Assembly: GCF_009914755.1 (NCBI RefSeq) | Contig: NC_060928.1 | Origin: the human T2T-CHM13v2.0 reference genome, Homo sapiens | Length of the DNA stretch: 64,000 nt | Reading direction: 5' to 3' (one strand) | Translations under genes and position numbers: made by a program | Notes under the pieces: model-generated | The model's input: the letters and a program-made list of their open reading frames with translations, nothing else | The model's database searches: none | Told to the model about the DNA's origin: nothing | Shown here: positions 42,051 through 55,700 of the stretch, piece after piece | How positions within the stretch are numbered: the first letter of the stretch is position 1 | Layout of the letters: each line of letters starts with the position of its first letter

Positions 42051-45000
42051 CATTCTCAGAAACTTCTTTGTGTTGTGTGTACTCAAGTAACAGTGTTGAA
42101 CCTTCCTTTTGACACAGCAGTTTTGAAACACTCTTTTGGTAGAATCTGCAAGTGGATATTTGGATAGCTGTGAGGATTTCGTTGGAAACGGGTTATCTTC
42201 ATATAAAATCCAGACAGGAGCATTCTCAGAAACTTCTTTGTGCTGCATGTCCTCAATTCACAGAGCTGAACCTTTGTTTGGATACAGCATTTTGGAAACA
42301 TTCCTTTAGTAGAATCTGCAAGTTGATATTTAGATAGCTTTGAAGATTTCGTTGGAAACGGGAATATCTTCATAGAAAATCTAGACGGAAGCATTCTCAG
42401 AAACTGCTTTGTGATGTTTGCATTCAAGTCACAGAGTTGAATATTCCCTTTTATAGAGTAGGTTTGAAACACTCTTTCGGCACTACCTGGAAGTGGATAT
42501 TTCGAGCTCTTTGAGGCCTATGGTTAAAAGGAAATATCTTCCCATAAAAACTAGACAGAAGCCGTCTCAGAAACTTGTTTGTGATGTGTGTATTCAACTA
42601 ACAGAGTTGAACATTTCTGTTACAGAGCAATTTTAAAACACTCTTTTTGTGGAATCTGAAAGTGGATAATTGGATAGCTTTGTGGATTTCGTTGGAAACG
42701 GGATGACGTATAAAATCTAGAGAGAAGCATTCTCAGGAACTTCTTTGTGATGTTTGCATTCAAGTCACAGAATTGAACATTCCTTTTCATAGTGCAGGTT
42801 TGAAACACTCTTTCTGTAGTATCTGGAAGTGGACATTTCAAGCGCTTTCAGGCCTACGGCGAGAAAGGAAATATCTTCAAATAAAAACTAGACAGAAGGA
42901 TTCTCAGAAACTTATTTGTGATGTGTGTCCTAAACGAACACAGTTGAACCTTTGTTTAGATACAGCATTTTGGAAACACTCCTTTTGTAGGATCTGCAGG
43001 TGGATATTTGGATAGATTTTAAGATTTCGTTGGAAACGGGAGTTTCTTCATAGAAACTCAAGACAGATGCATTCTCCGAAACATCTCTGTGATGTTTGCA
43101 TTCCACTCATAGAGTTGAAAACTTCCTTTCATAGAGCAGGTTTGAAACACTCTTTTTGTAATATTTGGAAGTGGACATTTGCAGCGCTTTGAGGCCTATG
43201 GTGAAAAAGGAAATATCTTCTCATAAAAACCAGAAACAAGCATTCTCAGAAACTTCTTTTTGATGTGTGTACTCAAGTAACAGAGTTGAACCTTCCTTTT
43301 GACACAGCAGTTTTGAAACAATCTTTTTGTAGAATCTGCAAGTGGATATTTGGATAGCTTTGAGGATTTCGTTGGAAACGGGATATCTTCATATAAAATC
43401 TAGACAGAAGCATTCTCAGAAACTTCTTTGTGCTGTATGTCCTCAATTAACAGAGTTGAACCATTGCTTGGATACAGCATTTTGGAAACATTCCTTTAGT
43501 AGAATCTGCAAGTTGATATTTAGATAGATTTGAAGATTTCGTTGGAAAAGGGAATATCTCCATATAAAATCTAGAGGGAAGCATTCTCAGAAACTGCTTT
43601 GTGATGTTTCCATTCAAGTCACAGAGTTGAATATTCCCTTTTATAGAGCACGTTTGAAACACTCTTTCTGCACTATCTGGAAGTGGACATTTCGAGCGCT
43701 TTGAGGCCTATGGTGAAAAAGGAAATATCTTCCCATAAAAATTAGACAGAAGCATTCTCAGAAACTTGTTTGTGATGTGTGTATTCAACTAACAGAATTG
43801 AACTTTTGTTTTTACAGAGCCGTTTTAAAACACTCTTTTTGTGGAATCAGAAAGTGGATATTCGGATGGCTCTGAGGATTTCGTTGGAAGCGGGATTACA
43901 TATAAAATCTAGAGAGAAGCATTCTCAGGAACTTCTTTGTGATGTTTGCATTGAAGTCACAGAATTGAACATTCACTTTGATAGAGCAGGTTTGAAACAC
44001 TCATTCTGTAGTATCTGGAAGTGGACATTTCAAGCGCTTTCAGGCCTATGGTGAAAAAGGAAATATCTTCGAATAAAAACTAGACAGAAGCATCCTCAGA
44101 AACTTATTTGTGATGTGTGTCCTCAACTAACAGAGTTGAAACTTTGTTTTGATACAGCATTTTGGAAACACTCCTTTTGTAGAATCTGCAGGTGGATATG
44201 TGGATAGCTCTGAAGATTTCGTTGGAAACGGGAATTTCTTCATATAAAATCAAACAGAAGCATTCTCAGAAACTTCTCAGTGATGTTTGCATTCAGCTCA
44301 TGGAGTTGAACACTTCCTTTCAAAGAGCCGGTTTGAAACACTCTTTCTGCACTACCTGGAAGAGGCCATTTCGAGCGCTTTGAGTCCTATGGTGAAAAAG
44401 GAAATATCTTCTCATAAAAACCAGAAAGAAGCATTCTCAGAAACTTCTTTGTGTTGTGTGTACTCATGTAACAGTGTTGAACCATCCTTTTGACAGAGCA
44501 GTTTTGAAACACTCTTTTTGTAGAATCTGCAAGTGGATATTTGGATAGCTTTGAGGATTTCGTTGGAAACGGGATGACATATAATATCTAGAGAGAAGCA
44601 TTCTCAGGAACTTCTTTGTGCTGTTTGCATTCAAGTCACAGAATTGAACATTCCCTTTCATAGAGCAGATTTGAAACACTCTTTCTCTAGTATCTGGAAG
44701 TGGGCATTTCAAGTGCTTTCAGGCCTATTGAGAGAAAGGAAATACCTTCAAATAAAAACTAGACAGAAGCATTCTCAGAAACTTGTTTGTGATGTGTGTA
44801 TTCAACTAACAGAGTTGAACTTTTGTTTTTACAGAGCCGTTTTAAAACACTCTTTTTGTGGAATCCGAAAGTGGATATTCGGATGGCTCTGAGGATTTCG
44901 TTGGAAGCGGGATTACATATAAAATCTAGAGAGAAGCATTCTCAGGAACTTCTTTGTGATGTTTGCATTGAAGTCACAGAATTGAACATTCACTTTGATA

Positions 45001-46299
45001 GAGCAGGTTTGAAACACTCATTCTGTAGTATCTGGAAGTGGACATTTCAAGCGCTTTCAGGCCTATGGTGAGAAAGGAAATATCTTCGAATAAAAACTAG
45101 ACAGAAGCATCCTCAGAAACTTATTTGTGATGTGTGTCCTCAACTAACAGAGTTGAAACTTTGTTTTGATACAGCATTTTGGAAACACTCTTTTTGTAGA
45201 ATCTGCAGGTGGATATTTGGATAGCTTAGAGGGATTCGTTGGAAAGGGGATATCTTCATATAAAATCTAGACAGAAGCATTCTCAGAAACTTATTTGTGA
45301 TGTGTGTCCTCAACTAACAGAGTTGAACCTTGGTTTTGATACAGCATTTTGGAAACACTCCTTTTGTAGAATCTGCAGGTGGATATGTGGATAGCTCTGA
45401 AGATTTCGTTGGAAACGGGAATTTCTTCATAGAAAATCAAACAGAAGCATTCTCAGAAACTTCTCAGTGATGTTTGCATTCAGCTCATGGAGTTGAACAC
45501 TTCCTTTCATAGAGCCGGTTTGAAACACTCTTTCTGCACTACCTGGAAGAGGCCATTTCGAGCGCTTTGAGTCCTATGGTGAAAAAGGAAATATCTTCTC
45601 ATAAAAACCAGAAAGAAGCATTCTCAGAAACTTCTTTGTGTTGTGTGTACTCATGTAACAGTGTTGAACCATCCTTTTGACAGAGCAGTTTTGAAACACT
45701 CTTTTTGTAGAATCTGCAAGTGGATATTTGGATAGCTTTGAGGATTTCGTTGGAAACGGGATGACATATAATCTCTAGAGAGAAGCATACTCAGGAACTT
45801 CTTTGTGATGTTTGCATTCAAGTCACAGAATTGAACATTCCCTTTCATAGAGCAGGTTTGAAACACTCTTTCTCTAGTATCTGGAAGTGGGCATTTCAAG
45901 CGCTTTCAGGCCTATGGAGAGAAAGGAAATACCTTCAAATAAAAACTAGACAGAAGCATTCTCAGAAACTTATTTGTGATGTGTGTCCTCAACTAACAGA
46001 GTTGAACCTTTGTTTTGATACAGCATTTTGGAAACACTCCTTTTGTAGAATCTGCAGGTGGATATTTGGATAACTTTGAAGATTTCGTTGGAAACCGGAA
46101 TATCTTCATATAAAATCAAGACAGAAGCATTCTCGGAAACATCTCTGTGATGTTTGCATTCAACTCAGTAGAGTTGAACACTTCCTTTCATAGAGCAGGT
46201 TTGAAACACTCTTTCTGCACTACCTGGAAGCGGACATTTCGAGCGCTTTGAGGCCTATGGTGAAAAAGGAAATATCTTCTCATAAAAACCAGAAAGAAG
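42051..46299 (+). repeat. Structural-variant HOR14: 25-mer, 4,249 bp (A-J, K-L-M/N-O-P-Q, K-S)
   Basis: Monomer K starts at 43753 and again at 44770 (+1,017; ORF MYSTN... at 43779 and 44796). A fused M/N monomer lies at 44091-44260. Confidence 0.93.
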
Positions 46300-49200
46300 C
46301 ATTCTCAGAAACTTCTTTGTGTTGTGTGTACTCAAGTAACAGTGTTGAACCTTCCTGTTGACACAGCAGTTTTGAAACACTCTTTTGGTAGAATCTGCAA
46401 GTGGATATTTGGATAGCTTTGAGGATTTCGTTGGAAACGGGTTATCTTCATATAAAATCCAGAGAGGAGCATTCTCAGAAACTTCTTTGTGCTGCATGTC
46501 CTCAATTCACAGAGCTGAACCTTTGTTTGGATACAGCATTTTGGAAACATTCCTTTAGTAGAATCTGCAAGTTGATATTTAGATAGCTTTGAAGATTTCG
46601 TTGGAAACGGGAATATCTTCATAGAAAATCTAGACGGAAGCATTCTCAGAAACTGCTTTGTGATGTTTGCATTCAAGTCACAGAGTTGAATATTCCCTTT
46701 TATAGAGTAGGTTTGAAACACTCTTTTGGCACTACCTGGAAGTGGATATTTCGAGCTCTTTGAGGCCTATGGTTAAAAGGAAATATCTTCCCATAAAAAC
46801 TAGACAGAAGCCGTCTCAGAAACTTGTTTGTGATGTGTGTATTCAACTAACAGAGTTGAACATTTCTGTTACAGAGCAATTTTAAAACACTCTTTTTGTG
46901 GAATCTGAAAGTGGATAATTGGATAGCTTTGTGGATTTCGTTGGAAACGGGATGACGTATAAAATCTAGAGAGAAGCATTCTCAGGAACTTCTTTCTGAT
47001 GTTTGCATTCAAGTCACAGAATTGAACATTCCTTTTCATAGTGCAGGTTTGAAACACTCTTTCTGTAGTATCTGGAAGTGGACATTTCAAGCGCTTTCAG
47101 GCCTACGGGGAGAAAGGAAATATCTTCAAATAAAAACTAGACAGAAGGATTCTCAGAAACTTATTTGTGATGTGTGTCCTAAACGAACACAGTTGAACCT
47201 TTGTTTTGATACAGCATTTTGGAAACACTCCTTTTGTAGGATCTGCAGGTGGATATTTGGATAGATTTTAAGATTTCGTTGGAAACGGGAGTTTCTTCAT
47301 AGAAACTCAAGACAGATGCATTCTCAGAAACATCTCTGTGATGTTTGCATTCCACTCATAGAGTTGAAAACTTCCTTTCATAGAGCAGGTTTGAAACACT
47401 CTTTTTGTAATATTTGGAAGTGGACATTTGCAGCACTTTGAGGCCTATGGTGAAAAAGGAAATATCTTCTCATAAAAACCAGAAACAAGCATTCTCAGAA
47501 ACTTCTTTTTGATGTGTGTACTCAAGTAACAGAGTTGAACCTTCCTTTTGACACAGCAGTTTTGAAACAATCTTTTTGTAGAATCTGCAAGTGGATATTT
47601 GGATAGCTTTGAGGATTTCGTTGGAAACGGGATATCCTCATATAAAATCTAGACAGAAGCATTCTCAGAAACTTCTTTGTGCTGTATGCCCTCAATTAAC
47701 AGAGTTGAACCATTGCTTGGATACAGCATTTTGGAAACATTCCTTGAGTAGAATCTGCAAGTTGATATTTAGATAGATTTGAAGATTTCATTGGAAAAGG
47801 GAATATCTCCATATAAAATCTAGAGGGAAGCATTCTCAGAAACTGCTTTGTGATGTTTCCATTCAAGTCACAGAGTTGAATATTCCCTTTTATAGAGCAC
47901 GTTTGAAACACTCTTTCTGCACTATCTGGAAGTGGACATTTCGAGCGCTTTGAGGCCTATGGTGAAAAAGGAAATATCTTCCCATAAAAACTAGACAGAA
48001 GCATTCTCAGAAACTTGTTTGTGATGTGTGTATTCAACTAACAGAGTTGAACTTTTGTTTTTACAGAGCCGTTTTAAAACACTCTTTTTGTGGAATCAGA
48101 AAGTGGATATTCGGATGGCTCTGAGGATTTCGTTGGAAGCGGGATTACATATAAAATCTAGAGAGAAGCATTCTCAGGAACTTCTTTGTGATGTTTGCAT
48201 TGAAGTCACAGAATTGAACATTCACTTTGATAGAGCAGGTTTGAAACACTCATTCTGTAGTATCTGGAAGTGGACATTTCAAGCGCTTTCAGGCCTATGG
48301 TGAGAAAGGAAATATCTTCGAATAAAAACTAGACAGAAGCATCCTCAGAAACTTATTTGTGATGTGTGTCCTCAACTAACAGAGTTGAAACTTTGTTTTG
48401 ATACAGCATTTTGGAAACACTCTTTTTGTAGAATCTGCAGGTGGATATTTGGATAGCTTAGAGGGATTCGTTGGAAAGGGGATATCTTCATATAAAATCT
48501 AGACAGAAGCATTCTCAGAAACTTATTTGTGATGTGTGTCCTCAACTAACAGAGTTGAACCTTGGTTTTGATACAGCATTTTGGAAACGCTCCTTTTGTA
48601 GAATCTGCAGGTGGATATGTGGATAGCTCTGAAGATTTCGTTGGAAACGGGAATTTCTTCATATAAAATCAAACAGAAGCATTCTCAGAAACTTCTCAGT
48701 GATGTTTGCATTCAGCTCATGGAGTTGAACACTTCCTTTCATAGAACCGGTTTGAAACACACTTTCTGCACTACCTGGAAGAGGACATTTCGAGCGCTTT
48801 GAGTCCTATGGTGAAAAAGGAAATATCTTCTCATAAAAACCAGAAAGAAGCATTCTCAGAAACTTCTTTGTGTTGTGTGTACTCATGTAACAGTGTTGAA
48901 CCATCCTTTTGACAGAGCAGTTTTGAAACACTCTTTTTGTAGAATCTGCAAGTGGATATTTGGATAGCTTTGAGGATTTCGTTGGAAACGGGATGACATA
49001 TAATATCTAGAGAGAAGCATTCTCAGGAACTTCTTTGTGATGTTTGCATTCAAGTCACAGAATTGAACATTCCCTTTCATAGAGCAGGTTTGAAACACTC
49101 TTTCTCTAGTATCTGGAAGTGGGCATTTCAAGCGCTTTCAGGCCTATGGAGAGAAAGGAAATACCTTCAAATAAAAACTAGACAGAAGCATTCTCAGAAA

Positions 49201-52200
49201 CTTATTTGTGATGTGTGTCCTCAACTAACAGAGTTGAACCTTTGTTTTGATACAGCATTTTGGAAACACTCCTTTTGTAGAATCTGCAGGTGGATATTTG
49301 GATAACTTTGAAGATTTCGTTGGAAACCGGAATATCTTCATATAAAATCAAGACAGAAGCATTCTCGGAAACATCTCTGTGATGTTTGCATTCAACTCAG
49401 TAGAGTTGAACACTTCCTTTCATAGAGCCGGTTTGAAACACTCTTTCTGCACTACCTGGAAGCGGACATTTCGAGCGCTTTGAGGCCTATGGTGAAAAAG
49501 GAAATATCTTCTCATAAAAACCAGAAAGAAGCATTCTCAGAAACTTCTTTGTGTTGTGTGTACTCAAGTAACAGTGTTGAACCTTCCTTTTGACACAGCA
49601 GTTTTGAAACACTCTTTTGGTAGAATCTGCAAGTGGATATTTGGATAGCTTTGAGGATTTCGTTGGAAACGGGTTATCTTCATATAAAATCCAGACAGGA
49701 GCATTCTCAGAAACTTCTTTGTGCTGCATGTCCTCAATTCACAGAGCTGAACCTTTGTTTGGATACAGCATTTTGGAAACATTCCTTTAGTAGAATCTGC
49801 AAGTTGATATTTAGATAGCTTTGAAGATTTCGTTGGAAACGGGAATATCTTCATAGAAAATCTAGACGGAAGCATTCTCAGAAACTGCTTTGTGATGTTT
49901 GCATTCAAGTCACAGAGTTGAATATTCCCTTTTATAGAGTAGGTTTGAAACACTCTTTCTGCACTACCTGGAAGTGGATATTTCGAGCTCTTTGAGGCCT
50001 ATGGTTAAAAGGAAATATCTTCCCATAAAAACTAGACAGAAGCCGTCTCAGAAACTTGTTTGTGATGTGTGTATTCAACTAACAGAGTTGAACATTTCTG
50101 TTACAGAGCAATTTTAAAACACTCTTTTTGTGGAATCTGAAAGTGGATAATTGGATAGCTTTGTGGATTTCGTTGGAAACGGGATGACGTATAATATCTA
50201 GAGAGAAGCATTCTCAGGAACTTCTTTGTGATGTTTGCATTCAAGTCACAGAATTGAACATTCCCTTTCATAGAGCAGGTTTGAAACACTCTTTCTCTAG
50301 TATCTGGAAGTGGGCATTTCAAGCGCTTTCAGGCCTATGGAGAGAAAGGAAATACCTTCAAATAAAAACTAGACAGAAGCATTCTCAGAAACTTATTTGT
50401 GATGTGTGTCCTCAACTAACAGAGTTGAACCTTTGTTTTGATACAGCATTTTGGAAACACTCCTTTTGTAGGATCTGCAGGTGGATATTTGGATAGATTT
50501 TAAGATTTCGTTGGAAACGGGAGTTTCTTCATAGAAACTCAAGACAGATGCATTCTCAGAAACATCTCTGTGATGTTTGCATTCCACTCATAGATTTGAA
50601 AACTTCCTTTCATAGAGCAGGTTTGAAACACTCTTTTTGTAATATTTGGAAGTGGACATTTGCAGCGCTTTGAGGCCTATGGTGAAAAAGGAAATATCTT
50701 CTGATAAAAACCAGAAACAAGCATTCTCAGAAACTTCTTTTTGATGTGTGTACTCAAGTAACAGAGTTGAACCTTCCTTTTGACACAGCAGTTTTGAAAC
50801 AATCTTTTTGTCGAATCTGCAAGTGGATATTTGGATAGCTTTGAGGATTTCGTTGGAAACGGGATATCTTCATATAAAATCTAGACAGAAGCTTTCTCAG
50901 AAACTTCTTTGTGCTGTATGTCCTCAATTAACAGATTTGAACCATTGCTTGGATACAGCATTTTGGAAACATTCCTTGAGTAGAATCTGCAAGTTGATAT
51001 TTAGATAGATTTGAAGATTTCGTTGGAAAAGGGAATATCTCCATAGAAAATCTAGAGGGAAGCATTCTCAGAAACTGCTTTGTGATGTTTCCATTCAAGT
51101 CACAGAGTTGAATATTCCCTTTTATAGAGCACGTTTGAAACACTCTTTCTGCACTATCTGGAAGTGGACATTTCGAGCGCTTTGAGGCCTATGGTGAAAA
51201 AGGAAATATCTTCCCATAAAAACTAGACAGAAGCATTCTCAGAAACTTGTTTGTGATGTGTGTATTCAACTAACAGAGTTGAACTTTTGTTTTTACAGAG
51301 CCGTTTTAAAACACTCTTTTTGTGGAATCAGAAAGTGGATATTCGGATGGCTCTGAGGATTTCGTTGGAAGCGGGATTACATATAAAATCTAGAGAGAAG
51401 CGTTCTCAGGAACTTCTTTGTGATGTTTGCATTGAAGTCACAGAATTGAACATTCACTTTGATAGAGCAGGTTTGAAACACTCATTCTGTAGTATCTGGA
51501 AGTGGACATTTCAAGCGCTTTCAGGCCTATGGTGAGAAAGGAAATATCTTCGAATAAAAACTAGACAGAAGCATCCTCAGAAACTTATTTGTGATGTGTG
51601 TCCTCAACTAACAGAGTTGAAACTTTGTTTTGATACAGCATTTTGGAAACAGTCTTTTTGTAGAATCTGCAGGTGGATATTTGGATAGCTTAGAGGGATT
51701 CGTTGGAAAGGGGATATCTTCATATAAAATCTAGACAGAAGCATTCTCAGAAACTTATTTGTGATGTGTGTCCTCAACTAACAGAGTTGAACCTTGGTTT
51801 TGATACAGCATTTTGGAAACACTCCTTTTGTAGAATCTGCAGGTGGATATGTGGATAGCTCTGAAGATTTCGTTGGAAACGGGAATTTCTTCATATAAAA
51901 TCAAACAGAAGCATTCTCAGAAACTTCTCAGTGATGTTTGCATTCAGCTCATGGAGTTGAACACTTCCTTTCATAGAGCCGGTTTGAAACACTCTTTCTG
52001 CACTACCTGGAAGAGGCCATTTCGAGCGCTTTGAGTCCTATGGTGAAAAAGGAAATATCTTCTCATAAAAACCAGAAAGAAGCATTCTCAGAAACTTCTT
52101 TGTGTTGTGTGTACTCATGTAACAGTGTTGAACCATCCTTTTGACAGAGCAGTTTTGAAACACTCTTTTTGTAGAATCTGCAAGTGGATATTTGGATAGC

Positions 52201-52763
52201 TTTGAGGATTTCGTTGGAAACGGGATGACATATAATATCTAGAGAGAAGCATACTCAGGAACTTCTTTGTGATGTTTGCATTCAAGTCACAGAATTGAAC
52301 ATTCCCTTTCATAGAGCAGGTTTGAAACACTCTTTCTCTAGTATCTGGAAGTGGGCATTTCAAGCGCTTTCAGGCCTATGGAGAGAAAGGAAATACCTTC
52401 AAATAAAAACTAGACAGAAGCATTCTCAGAAACTTATTTGTGATGTGTGTTCTCAACTAACAGAGTTGAACCTTTGTTTTGATACAGCATTTTGGAAACA
52501 CTCCTTTTGTAGAATCTGCAGGTGGATATTTGGATAACTTTGAAGATTTCGTTGGAAACCGGAATATCTTCATATAAAATCAAGACAGAAGCATTCTCGG
52601 AAACATCTCTGTGATGTTTGCATTCAACTCAGTAGAGTTGAACACTTCCTTTCATAGAGCAGGTTTGAAACACTCTTTCTGCACTACCTGGAAGCGGACA
52701 TTTCGAGCGCTTTGAGGCCTATGGTGAAAAAGGAAATATCTTCTCATAAAAACCAGAAAGAAG
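46300..52763 (+). repeat. Two canonical-length 19-mer units (HOR15 at 46300, HOR16 at 49532); HOR16 has monomer E replaced by Q-type sequence
   Basis: 3,232-bp spacing; Q-diagnostic bases at 50195-50380. Confidence 0.92.
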
Positions 52764-55700
52764 CATTCTCAGAAACTTCTTTGTGTTGTGTGTACTCAAG
52801 TAACAGTGTTGAACCTTCCTTTTGACACAGCAGATTTGAAACACTCTTTTGGTAGAATCTGCAAGTGGATATTTGGATAGCTTTGAGGATTTCGTTGGAA
52901 ACGGGTTATCTTCATATAAAATCCAGACAGGAGCATTCTCAGAAACTTCTTTGTGCTGCATGTCCTCAATTCACAGAGCTGAACCTTTGTTTGGATACAG
53001 CATTTTGGAAACATTCCTTTAGTAGAATCTGCAAGTTGATATTTAGATAGCTTTGAAGATTTCGTTGGAAACGGGAATATCTTCATAGAAAATCTAGACG
53101 GAAGCATTCTCAGAAACTGCTTTGTGATGTTTGCATTCAAGTCACAGAGTTGAATATTCCCTTTTATAGAGTAGGTTTGAAACACTCTTTCGGCACTACC
53201 TGGAAGTGGATATTTCGAGCTCTTTGAGGCCTATGGTTAAAAGGAAATATCTTCCCATAAAAACTAGACAGAAGCCGTCTCAGAAACTTGTTTGTGATGT
53301 GTGTATACAACTACCAGAGTTGAACATTTCTGTTACAGAGCAATTTTAAAACACTCTTTTTGTGGAATCTGAAAGTGGATAATTGGATAGCTTTGTGGAT
53401 TTCGTTGGAAACGGGATGACGTATAAAATCTAGAGAGAAGCATTCTCAGGAACTTCTTTCTGATGTTTGCATTCAAGTCACAGAATTGAACATTCCTTTT
53501 CATAGTGCAGGTTTGAAACACTCTTTCTGTAGTATCTGGAAGTGGACATTTCAAGCGCTTTCAGGCCTACGGGGAGAAAGGAAATATCTTCAAATAAAAA
53601 CTAGACAGAAGGATTCTCAGAAACTTATTTGTGATGTGTGTCCTAAACGAACACAGTTGAACCTTTGTTTTGATACAGCATTTTGGAAACACTCCTTTTG
53701 TAGGATCTGCAGGTGGATATTTGGATAGATTTTAAGATTTCGTTGGAAACGGGAGTTTCTTCATAGAAACTCAAGACAGATGCATTCTCAGAAACATCTC
53801 TGTGATGTTTGCATTCCACTCATAGAGTTGAAAACTTCCTTTCATAGAGCAGGTTTGAAACACTCTTTTTGTAATATTTGGAAGTGGACATTTGCAGCGC
53901 TTTGAGGCCTATGGTGAAAAAGGAAATATCTTCTGATAAAAACCAGAAACAAGCATTCTCAGAAACTTCTTTTTGATGTGTGTACTCAAGTAACAGAGTT
54001 GAACCTTCCTTTTGACACAGCAGTTTTGAAACAATCTTTTTGTAGAATCTGCAAGTGGATATTTGGATAGCTTTGAGGATTTCGTTGGAAACGGGATATC
54101 TTCATATAAAATCTAGACAGAAGCATTCTCAGAAACTTCTTTGTGCTGTATGTCCTCAATTAACAGAGTTGAACCATTGCTTGGATACAGCATTTTGGAA
54201 ACATTCCTTGAGTAGAATCTGCAAGTTGATATTTAGATAGATTTGAAGATTTCGTTGGAAAAGGGAATATCTCCATATAAAATCTAGAGGGAAGCATTCT
54301 CAGAAACTGCTTTGTGATGTTTCCATTCAAGTCACAGAGTTGAATATTCCCTTTTATAGAGCACGTTTGAAACACTCTTTCTGCACTATCTGGAAGTGGA
54401 CATTTCGAGCGCTTTGAGGCCTATGGTGAAAAAGGAAATATCTTCCCATAAAAACTAGACAGAAGCATTCTCAGAAACTTGTTTGTGATGTGTGTATTCA
54501 ACTAACAGAGTTGAACTTTTGTTTTTACAGAGCCGTTTTAAAACACTCTTTTTGTGGAATCAGAAAGTGGATATTCGGATGGCTCTGAGGATTTCGTTGG
54601 AAGCGGGATTACATATAAAATCTAGAGAGAAGCATTCTCAGGAACTTCTTTGTGATGTTTGCATTGAAGTCACAGAATTGAACATTCACTTTGATAGAGC
54701 AGGTTTGAAACACTCATTCTGTAGTATCTGGAAGTGGACATTTCAAGCGCTTTCAGGCCTATGGTGAGAAAGGAAATATCTTCGAATAAAAACTAGACAG
54801 AAGCATCCTCAGAAACTTATTTGTGATGTGTGTCCTCAACTAACAGAGTTGAAACTTTGTTTTGATACAGCATTTTGGAAACACTCTTTTTGTAGAATCT
54901 GCAGGTGGATATTTGGATAGCTTAGAGGGATTCGTTGGAAAGGGGATATCTTCATATAAAATCTAGACAGAAGCATTCTCAGAAACTTATTTGTGATGTG
55001 TGTCCTCAACTAACAGAGTTGAACCTTGGTTTTGATACAGCATTTTGGAAACACTCCTTTTGTAGAATCTGCAGGTGGATATGTGGATAGCTCTGAAGAT
55101 TTCGTTGGAAACGGGAATTTCTTCATATAAAATCTAGACAGAAGCATTCTCAGAAACTTATTTGTGATGTGTGTCCTCAACTAACAGAGTTGAACCTTGG
55201 TTTTGATACAGCATTTTGGAAACGCTTCTTTTGTAGAATCTGCAGGTGGATATGTGGATAGCTCTGAAGATTTCGTTGGAAACGGGAATTTCTTCATATA
55301 AAATCAAACAGAAGCATTCTCAGAAACTTCTCAGTGATGTTTGCATTCAGCTCATGGAGTTGAACACTTCCTTTCATAGAGCCGGTTTGAAACACTCTTT
55401 CTGCACTACCTGGAAGAGGCCATTTCGAGCGCTTTGAGTCCTATGGTGAAAAAGGAAATATCTTCTCATAAAAACCAGAAAGAAGCATTCTCAGAAACTT
55501 CTTTGTGTTGTGTGTACTCATGTAACAGTGTTGAACCATCCTTTTGACAGAGCAGTTTTGAAACACTCTTTTTGTAGAATCTGCAAGTGGATATTTGGAT
55601 AGCTTTGAGGATTTCGTTGGAAACGGGATGACATATAATATCTAGAGAGAAGCATACTCAGGAACTTCTTTGTGATGTTTGCATTCAAGTCACAGAATTG

